Origin: Octopus sinensis
Lineage: Eukaryota
Direction: 5' to 3'
Length of the DNA stretch: 64,000 nt
Assembly: GCF_006345805.1 (NCBI RefSeq)
Contig: NC_043007.1
Coordinates: 62,992,001 to 63,056,000, forward strand
Positions within the stretch are counted from its first letter, which is position 1, and the number at the start of each line of letters is the position of its first letter. This document shows positions 23,461-37,600 of the stretch, piece after piece. The notes beneath the pieces are model-generated. The model searched no databases. It had not been told where the DNA came from and worked only from the letters and a program-made list of their open reading frames with translations. The position numbers and the translations under genes were made by a program.

Positions 23461-26400
23461 ATATAAAGCCTATAATATAAATTATTCCAATGTTCCATGC
23501 AGCACAATAATTATGGATCTAAGTTCAGTATGTTTTTCTGGAGTTGATTTTAATTGATTCTTACCTTTTCTTCAAAATGTGTGTGGCTTTGTGCCAATAT
23601 TAGAAGCCAGTGTTTAGAATGTATGTGTCAAGGTACCATAAATTGTCTTCTTAGAATCTTTTTCAAGCCTTAAGCTGAGACAAAGACAGTCTTAAAGAAT
23701 TTTTCTTGAAGTGTTATGAATATTACAATGTGGTCAATGGTGGGATAGAGTTTTCTGCATACCACAGTCTTCCTCTGTACCATTCTTACAAATCTTAATC
23801 TGTCTAATTAGCAGCTACCAAAATTGCCAAAGACTTAATTGAAAATATTTAAGTTTTAATTTATTAACATGATTTACAGAAGAGAAAAATGTAGAAACCC
23901 ATTACACGAGTAGCTCTAAATAGCTTGGTTACAGAATTTATAGTTAAAATAGTTTAATAGTAGTAGCAGCCATTACACAATGCTGCCATCAGCTGTTATC
24001 TCTTTGACAAGATTTACCATTAGCATAACTTAGAACAAATGGAATAACTATAAATGTATTACAAGCTTTACATATTCTGTATATCCTGTGTAGACTATTC
24101 CCACCTCATAGTCTGGATATTAACCTAAGAAAAAAATTCCATTTTTAAATACTTTTTGTGACAGTACTTATAAATCTTTGAATTTAAAATCCATTCAATT
24201 CCATAATAGCATAGAAAATAAAACTGGTATTGTGTTAAGACTGATACAGTATTGAGAGGTTGGAGATAGCTTTTAATTCTGTCTGGACAGAGCATTCTAA
24301 AAATATTGTTTCATTGTGCTGTGCATTGATATGATGAAGGAACGAATGCAGATTCTTGTGTTGTTGATGGGTTGTTTGTGTATATAAGTGCAGAAACCTA
24401 AAGGCAACTAGTGTGGCACTTGAGGTAATATTCCTCCATTAAAGACTATAGTGGACTGATGATTACATCAGAATATTGACTTGTCTATTTGTAGGGTTGT
24501 TTTTAGATTAAATGTATTTAAATATTTTTACTTCTCTTTTTAAGGGGGGGAAAAAAAAGCTCATATTCTTGAATGGTTATTTATATTTAGACTTTTGAGA
24601 ATTGAGGTGGAATTTTATCTTGTGTATGATTGTGAATTTAATCTTTAAAGTACTACAGACTTCTTCATAGCATTTGAACATTAGTGCCAGTCTATCATTA
24701 GAATTTAGAACATCAGCTTGGTGTTTGTCACAAGATTTAAGAGCTTTAGTTTGATATCTATTGCAGCTAGAATTTGGAATGCCAGCCTGATGTCTATCTA
24801 TTATTAACTCATTTTTGTCACTTGTAAATATACATTACCATGCCACTTATCCTATGTCATCACACTTGTTAATCGCAACACTCTTTTATACCACTGCTGC
24901 ATGGTATGATCAAGATTTAATACCTTAAAACACTCACAATTACATTGCCCGTACATGAGTTTTGGTATTTTATTTAATTCTTTATTTTATTTGGGTTTTT
25001 TTAATATTTTCTTTGATTTATCTACTTATAAACTTTTAATTTGTATTTTCTTTCCATATTGTAAATTTGGTTTGGGTTGTGTGGTGGGATCTAAAGTTGT
25101 GTATACTCAAAAAGGAGTGCTTAAAATTGCAAGTGAGCTTCCTACTGATAACTTATCAGTGCTATCATGAATTTTCCAGATGTTTGAACTGGATAGAAGG
25201 ATGAACATGCTAGACCAGTAATGGAAGCAGTCGCCTATCCTCCTATCTGTGTGTGTGTGTGTGTAAAAGTGTCACAAATATTCTTAAGTGATAATATGAA
25301 TATTTTGGAATTCCTGTTTTCATTTATTTTATTCATCTCCTCCTCCCTCCCCTATGCCAAATTTGTTTTGGCTCAAGTAGGTTGCAGAAGGCTAAAATCA
25401 ACATTATGTCAGCCTTCTTGCTGAAAAGTCAACAGTTTTTCACTGGTGTAAATAATGCATCCTTGGTCAAAACACTTAACTCTCAATGGCCCAATCCTCC
25501 AAGTTGTAAATAACTATTATGAGAAGGTACAACATCTATTGTAAGAACAGTATTATATACTTGAAGAGTGGGGTTTTTTTTTTTTTTTTTATATCCTTTT
25601 CTCCCACTGTTAGCCTCAAATAGTCGGCTGAAATTCCCACATGAAGTTAGCTTCAAAAGGAAAGGCTCCAACTGGTTAAGATGCACTATCAAGTGAGATT
25701 CTTGAACCAACAATTAAAATACTTGGGGAATCATATCTCTTAGTATACTGACTCTCAAACTGACAAATACCAATTCCTCCCCTCAAGTTATTAGTGATTT
25801 TTTTACTCACTCCTTTATTAATGAGAAGACAATGGAGTTTTCATCAATGCTTTCTTTGTCATGGAGTTGGGCCTATTTAAAACCTCTTTAATTTTATTAA
25901 ACATAGCAATTCATCTAACCCCATCCTTTTCAATTCTCACAACCATCCTGCAAGTGTCTTAACCTTGTTTCCCATGATGAATGCTGGTTTAGTTGGTATT
26001 TGTCATTTTCTTGGAAATTGCTCTTTAATGACCATCTGGGGAATTATTCTCAATGTAATGGTTACAGTTTCACCAGTTTAGATATTTTATTTTAAAAACA
26101 ACTAAATGCCTTTAAAACTTTTTTTTGTTTGTTTGTGTATTCCATAAGTTAATCAGAAAAGTATGTCTATGACCTTTACATCCTTTCTCTAACTGGTAAG
26201 CTTGGTGCAGTTGATGGTCAGCTTTGACATTAGCGGGATAGTATTTGCTGAGAAAATTGTAAAGGGGGTGGGCAAAAGGTGGAAGGAAGGAAAGAATTAT
26301 TTTGTGCAGTATCCTGGATATGAGACAATGAGAGACAAGTGAACCTAGATGAAGAGGGTATGCTGTTAACTATTTCAGGGGAAGAGAAATTGTTAGCAGC

Positions 26401-29039
26401 AAAGAGAGGAAACTGCATGTATGTGTGCTGATGATTGAATCACTTTATTGGTGACAGTCAATCGGCTATCTTTTGGATATGGCTTTGGGTCTTTGTGCAT
26501 GTGTAACAGTAGCAATACAGAACCATACATGTGAGCAGTTCTTCAAGATTGGACTTTATCCTTGAGTCTTGTAGAAAAATCAGCAGCTGATCAGGGCTGA
26601 ATTAATCCTAATCTTTGTGATGAACTTTTGGCAACGATTTTTATATCTTTTCAGTTACAAAGTTAAACTGCTATCTTTTATCAGTTGCATAATTAAAGTA
26701 GTGCTTTAGTTACTACATAATGAGCTCCTAGCCATATTAGTTGTAGTCTAGTCAATGTACCAATACTGTGTATAGTAGAAAGGGTGTTTTTCTCTGTTTC
26801 TTTTAGACTTTATACACATTATGCATTTTTCTTTATATAATCATATTATTGACTCTGTATGTTTACACTAATTTCTTTCAAATTAAATATAGCCACAGCA
26901 TGTTACTTTGCAACAATGTCAACAATTATTTTCTTTTTCTGATTACATAAGTCCTATTCAGCACCTGTTAGAAATTGCAACTTGATTGCTCTTGGGTGAG
27001 TCCAGATGATATAGAAATAGTTTTTACACAAAGTAGTATGTTATCAGCATTCTTGTTTTGTAAAACTTGCACAGACACAAAAAAAAACTTGTTTGAAAAA
27101 TATACATGTACATTTGTTTGTTGATGTACATACATGTATACTTATATGCGCACACAAATGTACATATATATAAAAAAAGACAGTATCAGTTCTCTAAATC
27201 AGCAAACTTTTATGGGGGTGTATGGGATACAGGAATTTAAAACTAGATGAAAGAAATATATAATTTCCAGCTTAATTGGTCATTTCTTTTTATCTAATTA
27301 CATTATCTACAGTATATATTAAGATTTTTAGATGGTGTTGTTCACCACCATATGTCTACATTGGTAAGTGCTACAAACAAGTGCAGTTGCTTTACATTGT
27401 CTTTATTTTCTTATTCACACACATTTGGAGTTACAGATATCATTCTTCAAAAGCTAGGTTTTTCTTTACTTATTCATTGTTAAGCAGTTAAACTGTTTAA
27501 GATGGTCTCTGTTTTTGTTTTGTATTTTATTGAAGTGGTGGTCTTTTGTTTTTTTTTAAGGTTTTTTAAAACTGTTTTGTTAAACAAATTAAGATCAAAC
27601 ATATGTGGAAAAATTTTTGAAAGAGCAATATAATTTATGTAACATCTTTAAAGCTTACTCAGCATCAATCTTCTATTTCTACAAACTTTTTACCTATCTA
27701 ATGGTATCACATACAATATGCCTTACATTTACCACTAGACAGTTGCACAGAGAACTGAAATGTGTCACTTTTAAGAATATTATGTATTACATTATGACCA
27801 ACACATTTACTCTCTCCACCCTACTAAAACTTTGAATGAACTATAACAATATAGAAAAATAATGCATGTAAAGAAAAAGTGATTTGATGTAATTATAATT
27901 TCATTTTTTTTCTTTCAGAATTACATTTTTTTAATATATTTTCATGGTGATGTTTTTATTTAGTTTTGCAGTTAGATTATCTTTATATATGAAAACAATA
28001 TTGTTTGGTTAAGTAATATTTGATAAAACTTAGTGAAAATTATGTAATAACTGAGGGTGTTGAAGAAAAATAGAAAAGAACTATAGTTGAAATATGGAAT
28101 GGTTTCACATTCTCTCTATATGTATGTGAGAGACATTTTAATTTTAAAATAAAGACAAAATTCTGAAAGTAAAATATAAAAAAACTATGTAGTTTGATGA
28201 GACAGTAAAAATGGTTTCAAATGTGCATAATTTCCCACACAAAGCTGCAACAAGCATTGCGTAAGAAGCAACACATCTACAGTTTTGCATTTGAAATTTT
28301 CAACAACAGAAAATTAGTTTATACTATGTCTAGGATCAAGTTACACTTTGTCAGTTTCTGCTTATGGATGTTCTCTCTCTCTCTCCCTGCTTTTTTGCAC
28401 TATTTTTAAGATTAAGATCATCCTATATTTTTTATACATGTGGCATGTTATTTTTCTTTTATTGTTTACCATCTAGTAGAAATAAATTTTGGGGGGATTT
28501 GTGTGTGCCTCGTAAAACTAATTATTGTTCAATGTAAAGCCATATAGGGAAGGTTCCAATCTAATCAAAGTTAGATATGTTTCAGGGAATTTTGTTTCTC
28601 CACCATCTTTTCCCAGTGAAAAACAATTATCACTTTATTTTATAGGGAATATAAAGACTAATTTCTCTTAAAAGTAAGTTTGGTATATGATTCAAAATAT
28701 GTATTTTTATTTTCATCGTAAAACAAATATCATCATAAGTGATATCTACGCTACAGTGGAGAGGTCAAACCACTAGATTTGGTTAAAAAGAAGCAATGGC
28801 TAGGAGAATACTGAGTGAGGCCTAGTAACCAGTTGATCTAGCAAACAGGGCCTCCTCTCAGTGGGGTGGTGGGGGACTGCACAATAATGCCATCAAAAAG
28901 ACAACCTAGAAACAGTATGCATTCTCTCCTGATGACCACATAAGCCTGCTTGCGTCAGGTATGTGGAGCTTTCAGCTGGAAGCACTTACATTTTGTTATC
29001 ACTTTTTCACCTAGTCAAAGTATGTCACTTTTATTTGAG

Positions 29040-29345
29040 TTTATCTTTTATCGTTTGTTTCAGTCATTAAACTGTGACCATGCTGGGGCACTACTTTAAA
29101 GAATTTTAGTTGAACTAATTCACCCCTGTATATATATATTTTTTTAAGCCTGATACTTATTCTATCAGTCTCTTTTGCTGAACTGCTAAGTTATGGGGCA
29201 GGGATATATGTAAGTGCACACACACTCATGCACACCCACATGCAAATGGAGTTCTTTCAGTTTCCATCTACCACATCTACTTACAAGGCTTTGGTCAGCC
29301 TGAGGCTATAAAAGTCACTAGCCCAAGGTGCCAAATCTGTACCTA
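29040..29345 (-). mobile_element. SINE, same family as 23058-23460, 5' truncated
   Basis: Colinear similarity (tttatcttttatcgtttgtttcagtcatt...catgctggggcact...ttctttcagtttcc...acaaggctttggtcagcctgaggcta). Confidence 0.8.
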
Positions 29346-30194
29346 TTTCTTTTGAAATATCATCAATTTTGCTTTGATAATACTTAACTCTGACCACAGA
29401 CCAATTTTTCTCCTTTTGAAATAATTTCACATTGATACAATATGAATTAGTTCTTTATATATTTCTCTTTATTCAAATATTCTCATAACTCTTCTGATTT
29501 GTTTTGTGTGTATCTATAATCACAAAGAAAATATACTACAGTATATGTTGTATAAGTACACCTGTACAAACTGTATTATAACAGTGACCCCTTTCAACTT
29601 CACCTTTCCTTTGGACTCCTTAAATGAATCAGGGCTCAGCTGAGAAACATGGCTTGAAGTTAAATGCCAAACTTAGAAATGTTGCTATCAATAGAGAGAA
29701 GTCAGCACAGTTTTCTTGAAAGCTTTGTTGCTCTAGGTTAGGCCTTGACCAAGCATATTTATGTCACATAGATTTTCAACTGAGTGACTAAGCATGATTT
29801 ACAAATCCATAGCTCTGGACATGCCATATTTCTGTCCGGTAGGGAACGATATTATACAGTGGTATGCAGTTGTTAATTGTATATGGTGTAGTGTAGTAGT
29901 ATAGGAATGTTCCGCTTTCTCCATTGTCCAGTAGGTTTCTATCTTTTACTGGAACTGCCTTTACTATATCCACCTAGAATTGGCATGAGCAAAGGACTGG
30001 CTACTAAATGAGAAATTAGATCTCCTATGGAATGTTACAATGCATTACCACAACTTTATAGTTGCTCCCAGAAGCCGCTTTTACTTTATGTTCATTATGC
30101 ACAGTATGTCAGCTGTACAGAGATATGTATATCAATGTAGCATCTATTTTACAATAGCTACTCTTTCTAGATGTCCAAAGCAAGGCACAATATA

Positions 30195-30326
30195 CAGGGT
30201 GATTCAAAAGTCGCCATACATAGGAACAATAAGAGGGGTCAGATCAGAAGATCTAGGAGGCCTTATAAACTGTTTCTTAGGAAAAAATAAATTTTTCCTA
30301 CGTATGGAGACTTTTGAATCACCCTG
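30195..30326. mobile_element. Tc1/mariner-type MITE (132 bp)
   Basis: 32-bp TIR cagggtgattcaaaagtc(g/t)ccatac(a/g)taggaa with two mismatches, TA on both sides. Confidence 0.9.
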
Positions 30327-31515
30327 TATAACACTCATAAGAGAATGTCAGATTGAGACATAACAAGAATATACTATCATGCCCATATAACTAAGTGATA
30401 TTATGTCTTAAACAACACTCCCATTTGATGCTTGGCTTTTGTTGTACCCCAAATTACTCAATAAAATAGTGTAATTTGTTTCATACATGACTATATCCAG
30501 AAAGTTTTGGTGGATCAAATAGTTTGTTTTATTGAGAAAACATCTACCTAATTCAGTTGTTAGACTAATATATGGCTGGTTGAACATTGAAAGAATTAGT
30601 TAGCATTCAGTCACTAGGGTTAAATAATTTCTATGAATTAGGTATGTAAAAAAAAGGTATTAAACATGATGTTTGTTAGATTTAACAAATTACTAATAGA
30701 AAATATTTATAGTTCTACAACCAAAAACTCAGCCAGGTTCAGCTTGATTACTTATGATCTCAGCAAAATAAGAACAATTAAAGCAGTGCAGTAGTTAGTT
30801 AGGCCTCTTGCTATCAAAGTGACTGAACCACACTTTGAACATTTCTCAAAATATAGTTTAAACAATAAAGTGATGTATACTGATGAGGTCTATAACAACA
30901 CAAACGTCCAATACTGTCTCATCTATTTGCTAAAGAATTAAGTCATTGATTATTATTTTATTGTTTGTTTTTTCTTGTTGCTTAATTATTTTTAAGTATC
31001 CTTTTATGCTCCATTAAACATATTAACATTAACTAAATAATTTACTTATTAATAAGTAACCTAATTTGAAGCCAGCAAGTTTATTACTTATAAAGAAAAA
31101 TGTTTAGCAATTGTAAATATCGTACCAGATGAGAGCCAGAACTACACTTGGGAAAGGTCAGACTTCCTGTACTTTGTGAAACCAGATCAGCTATTTCCCT
31201 TCTCCAGTACTACTAAATAAACTTAATACATTTACTATTTCCATGTGGTCTTGACTCTCTTATATGAATTGGTCTGATGAGAAGGCCAGTGTTGTGACAT
31301 TACTGCTGTTATCCTTTAAAACTATTATTGGCAGACTCAAATTGTTTGTAGATCAGCTGATTCCTATCTGATGGCATTTAAATACTCTGTTTTAATTGTT
31401 TGTGCTCTCTCTCTCTCATTAGCAATTAAAGCTTGATATCCTGTTGTTTTTTCACTATTCATAATGACAACATTGTATTTTTCATATATCTTTGTATATT
31501 GCTGTTCACCAATAG

Positions 31516-31530
31516 GAGTGTACTAATGAG
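31516..31530 (+). CDS. Candidate 15-nt Ena microexon (R-SVLM-R)
   Basis: tttgtatattgctgttcaccaatag|GAGTGTACTAATGAG|gtactt. Phase 2 to 2 and open. TGC at 31500-02. CU-rich tract follows the donor, as at the main exons. Confidence 0.55.
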
Positions 31531-32959
31531 GTACTTTCTTCTCCATCCTTTCTAAAATTTTCCCCTCCTTCCTCTCTCTTTATTTCCATGCATTTCCTAC
31601 TAAAAAAATAAATGAATTGGGATTTTTGTTGTTGGTCTTTCTTTTCTTTGTTTTAAGTTCCTGTTATTATAAGTGGTTTCACTAAAGACTGACCAAGTGG
31701 TTAGCATATTAAGCTATTGGTTTACAAGTTAAATTTTCAGAGACATTTGTTTTGTGCCTTAGCCTATTAAAAATAAACAAAAAAAGTTATTTCCCATGTT
31801 CTTTTTGAAAGTGAGGACGTCTTTTTAAGACAGTGGCTGTAATAGATTAAAAGTAGCACAATTAGCATCATCACTGACTATACCTACAGACCATCTGCCT
31901 CTGCGTGTTCATTCACTTTCAAATGTTTGCACATCTGCAACAGAACAATAATACTACTACAAACCATCCTAAGAACTCTATTTTTTCCACTTAGCTAGGC
32001 AAAAATTAAAAACATATATTTAGCAAAATAGCTGCAGCATCAATAATTTCAGTAGACCCCACTCCAATACTGTGTAGGGATGCACAACAACAACATACTA
32101 ACAGCAATTCAGTACATCTAGACTTCCTGGCTGCACCCAACACAACACATGTCAGCATGCAGTGTTCTTCATCCAGGCCAAAATGGAATATACCTGGAGT
32201 GCTGGGTCTTAGGACTGCATTTAGTCACGCAGCTATCTACATGCCATATGTTTTCTTTACTAAGGTTGAAAGAAAAGCTTCAGAAGAGCTATCTTTTTGT
32301 TGGAAGAATGATACACTTATCAAATATTTTCAGCAAAATTTATATAGATATCTGTTTTTCAGAAGCATTCATCAGTGTTAACATGGAATGCTTCTATTCT
32401 AATGTTTTAGCCAAGAACTATTATTTCTCAAGCAATTATGGCTTGATTCTTACTTCCTTCATTCATCTATATTCCAATCCTTAGAATATTGATTTGTACA
32501 AATACACTAAAACCTTTCAATAATCCTAGCTGAAATGTGTAATTCGAATCTCAGCAAATTATGTTACTATTGTTTCGTTATAAGTATTTCTACTGAAATA
32601 GCACAAAGCAATTTGAAACAAACCCTCTTCCTCAAATACTGTCAGTTCTTAGCTAATATTCTTATGTATTTGAACCAATCTTTATATTTCATCAATTCAT
32701 CTTTATTATTTGGCATATGTCCATTTTCTTTTATTAGTTGCTCATAGGAAGTTTTTACGAAAATTACATTCCTTATTTTTCCCTTCCCTATCTCTTGGTT
32801 TTCTTCCATGACGTTCATCATCATGTTTGATAACCACCACTCCTCTTACACAGCCTAAGTCTGTTATTGTCAAACATAACAGCTTAAGATTGATTCACAA
32901 TCCTTAGATACAATGTACAAAGCCTATTCTAGAGTAGTTGTACTCTCAAAATTATTATA

Positions 32960-34290
32960 TAATAATATTAAGCTTTTGGCACACTTGTCTCATCATGCAT
33001 ACACATCCTTGATCTCTTTCTAACCACCAAACCCAGCCTTTACCAAATTACAATTATTTCTACACCTGTTGCATCCTCTGACCACTGTCTAATAACCATG
33101 GCTACCTCACCACACATTGACATACTTACTCTGTATCTCTTCACATCAGCTAACTTGTCGGATTTCTACCAGTTTTACACTAATTATCCCTGGAACATCT
33201 GTACTTTACTCCTGACTGATCTACTCAAGGCAAACCAGTGGGTAACTTAAGCCATCATCCTAGGCATGTCCTTTAACATCCCTCACACAAACAAATCCCA
33301 CAAGTGGTTCACATGGAGCTGTGCTGCAGCAGTACAGTTGAAAAGCATTATTTACATTGCCTTATAAAAATTATCCATCTTTACCATCTTGATGGCTTTT
33401 ATGCATGACCACAACTGGAAGATTACCATCTGTAAAGCAAAAGACACTTTGTGCAACCTGCAAGATCCTTTGCTGAAAAAGATCTGTAACAACTTTATAG
33501 AATCTTCTGGCCCACCACTTTTCAACCATGATGACTTCATAAGCAGCTTTAACAATTTCCTTTACCATACCCTGACATCCCTCTCCTTCCTCACTGGATA
33601 CCTGCTGGCATATGTCTGTCACCAGTGTTCCCATAAGAAATTCAGCAATGCTGCTATTAACATCAACAAAGCATTTGGTAGTCTGGCATATGATTCTTCT
33701 GATTAAACGATTCATCTATGGACTTTAGTGATCACTTGGGTTCAAAAATTGAGTTCATACCACACCATCACAGCTCGTCTTAATAGGACTTTCTCTGCAA
33801 CCCAAACCTGATCGACTATGGTGTACTACAAGGTTTGGTTGTGACCCCACTACACTGTTCTTCCTATGCATTAACCACTCATTTGCTATCACCTCTAATA
33901 ACACTCACTCTTATACAAATGATACCTCTCTTCAGTGCTTCAGCACAAAGGTGTCTTCCATATACTACCTACACACCTCACTTCAAATTTGTATTAACTC
34001 CATAAACACAAACTTTGTTTCACATTCTCTTATGGTGACATGATAATATTACCTCCTTTAACAGCACAAAGTCATGGTAACTGCTCATATCAAGAAAATG
34101 CCTTTTATCATAGGTCTGCTCAATCAAGGCTGACCTTTGACTAAACAGAAATTATCCTGTTCCAAATATGGTTGTGTTTATGTTTATGGCTGCTATCCAG
34201 TGAGCATTAGAATTGATAGTATCTACTCCATGCCTGCTGTTCATCATTTCTAATGTTACTAAGCCTCACTAGGCTCCATATCCTGAAGAC
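32960..34290 (+). mobile_element. Decayed CR1/L2/Jockey-group LINE fragment
   Basis: AAININKAFGSLAY (like LDISKAFDRVWH), GVLQGLVVTP (like GVPQGSVLSP) and HSYTNDTSL (like HSYADDSTL) occur in RT order. Boundaries approximate. Confidence 0.65.
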
Positions 34291-36439
34291 AATTTTCCAG
34301 CCATATTTTTGTGTACTGCACAAGTTTATTTTTTGAAGTTTGTGTATATGTGTCAGTGTATACAGATTCATTATGCTTGTGCATCAAATGCCTTAAAAAA
34401 TGTTTTTCAAAAATACTCCCCAAGAAATTATCTCATTTGGAGCAAGTTTTGAGGTTAAGGATGGTGTTTTTGAAAACAGTCCTTTACCTTGAAATGATTA
34501 GATATTGTTACTCTAGTCAACGTGCACATAATACTACACTTAAAAATTATTTAATTTCTCACCACCAACCAATATAGAACAGTAATGTCTATTATTTTAG
34601 TTTAAAAATAGTTCAGTCTCTATGAATGATATAGTAACATTGTGTTAAGACTTTGTCTTAAAATTGCATTATTTTGATTTTTAGTCTCTTACTGTAAAGG
34701 TCAAATTGTTAATATCATATAGGCATAATCTTTTTCTTATTCTCATACATCACTCAGAAACACCAAATATACTATTTGCAGCCATTCAATTATTCACGAA
34801 ATGCTTAAAATGCTGCAAAGTTATTGTTTCAGCTGGTTCAATATAAAAGCATTTGATGGTGAGAGCCATATTAAGAATGTAATATAGTAGCAACCTGATT
34901 TCAATTTTTTTTTAAATTTAATTTTTCTTATGTTGTTTACTAATATAAAAGTATAACTCCAAAATGTTAAAATTATATTCAACATTTAAACACTACTTTC
35001 ATTTTTGTATTTCATGGTATTTGATGACCTCTGTGTAAGTGAAAAATACAACCTTAGCTTTGCTATGTGTTGATTGGTCTGGTTTTAAGGAATGGAAAAT
35101 ACCAACCAACCAGCCATTTGGCCAGCCATCAGTTATCTTTCATTAGTAATTCATCTATAAGTCAATATCTGCTTCAGCAGAAACAGCACTGCAAGATATT
35201 TCCACATTATGTTCCATATGACACCACTTTCCAATATTTGCTGCTGTTTACTTTCTCAATGTATAACATTTTGTATCTGTCTTCATTACACTTTTACACA
35301 TTTATCAAAATATACTACTTTTCACTTACTGCATAGCATTCAGTTTTTGAATACAAAATATATCTCACTTCCATTAACTCACACCCACATATGTATACAT
35401 ACATGTGAACACAGAATTTAGGCCCAAGCTATTTGATAATCAACCAAGTTAAAACAATATGTTATCACAATATAACTTTCAAAAATATAAACTCTACACA
35501 CTAAAGCAAAACCATAAAGGGGAAAGACTACCATATGACTCTAAAATGGGTACATATGCACGCTATATATTAAGGATAGTGGAGGAAATATCATTGCCTT
35601 TTCATACAGGAATTGAATAACACTTTTCACTCTCTTTCTTACTGTCTCCCCATCCTCTCTCATCTAGCTAACCAATCTTTCTATCTCTGTCTATCACTTT
35701 ATTTCTCTACCTCCATCTATCTCTCTCTCTCTACGCACACACACATCCATGATCTGACACTTCTGCACAGGACAATTCAGTGCACAACTCTGCATGTTTT
35801 GCAGGTTTCATTAAATGACTTTCATTTAATTTTATCTCTAAAGTGAGGCTGTAGAGTCGGCACTCAAGATCTTCAATTACAACTCCTCTGTGATTAAGCT
35901 AATAATTTCTTACATTAATTGAAAGTATACAAATTACATGACCAACATGATCCATCCTGTCATTTTTTACCACTCTAATCTGTTAAAGCTTTGACGAAGT
36001 ACACAATCTTTTCTTTCCCAGATTAAAGTATTGTTTGAATATAAAATTTAAGTGAATGATGCATGAAATAATACATGAGATGAAATTAAAATATTGTAAA
36101 GGATTGAAAAGTTTATCTCTACAAAATTATAGAAACATTGTATCCGCTGAACAGAGGTTGAATCAGAAAATCCAGATCCAAAATTTACTAACATCTTACT
36201 CTTAGATTTGCTTCTACCAGATCCTCCTTCATTTGATTATAATGCATGTATTACATTTAACATTTAATCAGTCAAAACATATTTACTGACTTCAATTCCA
36301 GTAACCCCATAATTAATTCCAACTCCACAGCTTTGCTTTTGTATTTTTCTGAACTTTTTGTCATTAACAATATTTTTCTAATCTTAACATCCATTGCAAA
36401 AGTTTTAATTAACCTTGTGGAATGGATTATATCAGACAA

Positions 36440-37600
36440 AAGGCAAAATCGCATTCTGCTAAATGAATTTTACTACTGTTTAGATAGAAAAATTGGAAAT
36501 AGAAAAAAGTCTTGGCATTGTGTTGAAGAGAAATGCAAAGGCCACATCTACATTAATGGAAGTTTATTGAAAAATGTCATGGATCATGGCCATGTACTGC
36601 AGCCAGCAATATCACCAATGAAATAGACACTTTCAAATATTCATGAGAGGACTGGAGCATCTAATAATATGCTAGGGAGAGTTATCCAACAGATAGAAGC
36701 CTCTTTGCCAGATAAAGCAAAGATTCTACTTCAGCAATATGCTTCATTACAACAAACTGTTCAGCATCATAGAAAAGCAGATGGTAAGCCAAATCCAGCG
36801 TCTGATAATGTGGTATTTTATTATCTGAATATTTAGTTGCGCACAGTGTTGAAGCCAACAATAGCATGAGATTGTTTGTATTTTATGTGCATCAAAAATA
36901 TTGAACTCCTTAAAGAATACTGACACTGCCTTGCAGATAATACATTTAAAATAGTCTCTAACCCCTTACCTTTTCTATAAACCATGTAATTCATATGGTT
37001 TTTGAAGGTTATGTATTTCCACTGTTATATGTACAGACATACACATTGCAAAATAAAACAAGATTCATGTGAAAGATTACTAATGAAATAATTTAATTTT
37101 AAGCCAGATACTCTGCTCACTGAATTTGAAAAAGCACTCCAAAATGTGTTTCCAACTGTTTTGGGGGACATTCAAAAAGTGGGGTCCTTCTTTCACCTCA
37201 GCCAAAAGAAGAATGGATGAATATTCAAAATATCTATAATTCAACCTCATTTAAGGATATAACATTGAAGGATATTTACCAGCCTTAACTTTTGTTTTAA
37301 GTAATTGAATCTCAGCAAGATGTTATCCTTCCTAAGCTAGAAGAATTAACAAATTATTTCAAGGACACATTAATTGCTTACTATTTCATTACCATTATGA
37401 AAGAGAAGCTGTTTTTTAAATTAGAATTATGGATTCTGGTTTCAAGGAGAGCTACCAAAGATCACCATTTCATTAAAAGTGTGGCATTAAAACATTGAAG
37501 TATTGTTGGGTATAACCACTCTTTGTAGGTTTATAGATATTATATTTGAGTTGGATCATATAGAAAAGACTAAATTAAAAATACAATTAAAACAAAAGTT
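36440..37600 (+). mobile_element. Mutator-like (MULE) transposase pseudogene with FLYWCH-like zinc finger
   Basis: YYCLDRKIGNRKKSWHCVEEKCKGHIY...DHGH (FLYWCH pattern) and KPDTLLTEFEKALQNVFPTV...GSFFHLSQ (~37100-37205, MULE DFE.A...FP...CxFHL pattern). Disrupted. No TIRs found. Confidence 0.75.

Noticed and set aside
29785-29977. Segment ending in cctag, possibly a Helitron end
   Set aside because: No clear subterminal hairpin and not followed by T. Left unclassified.
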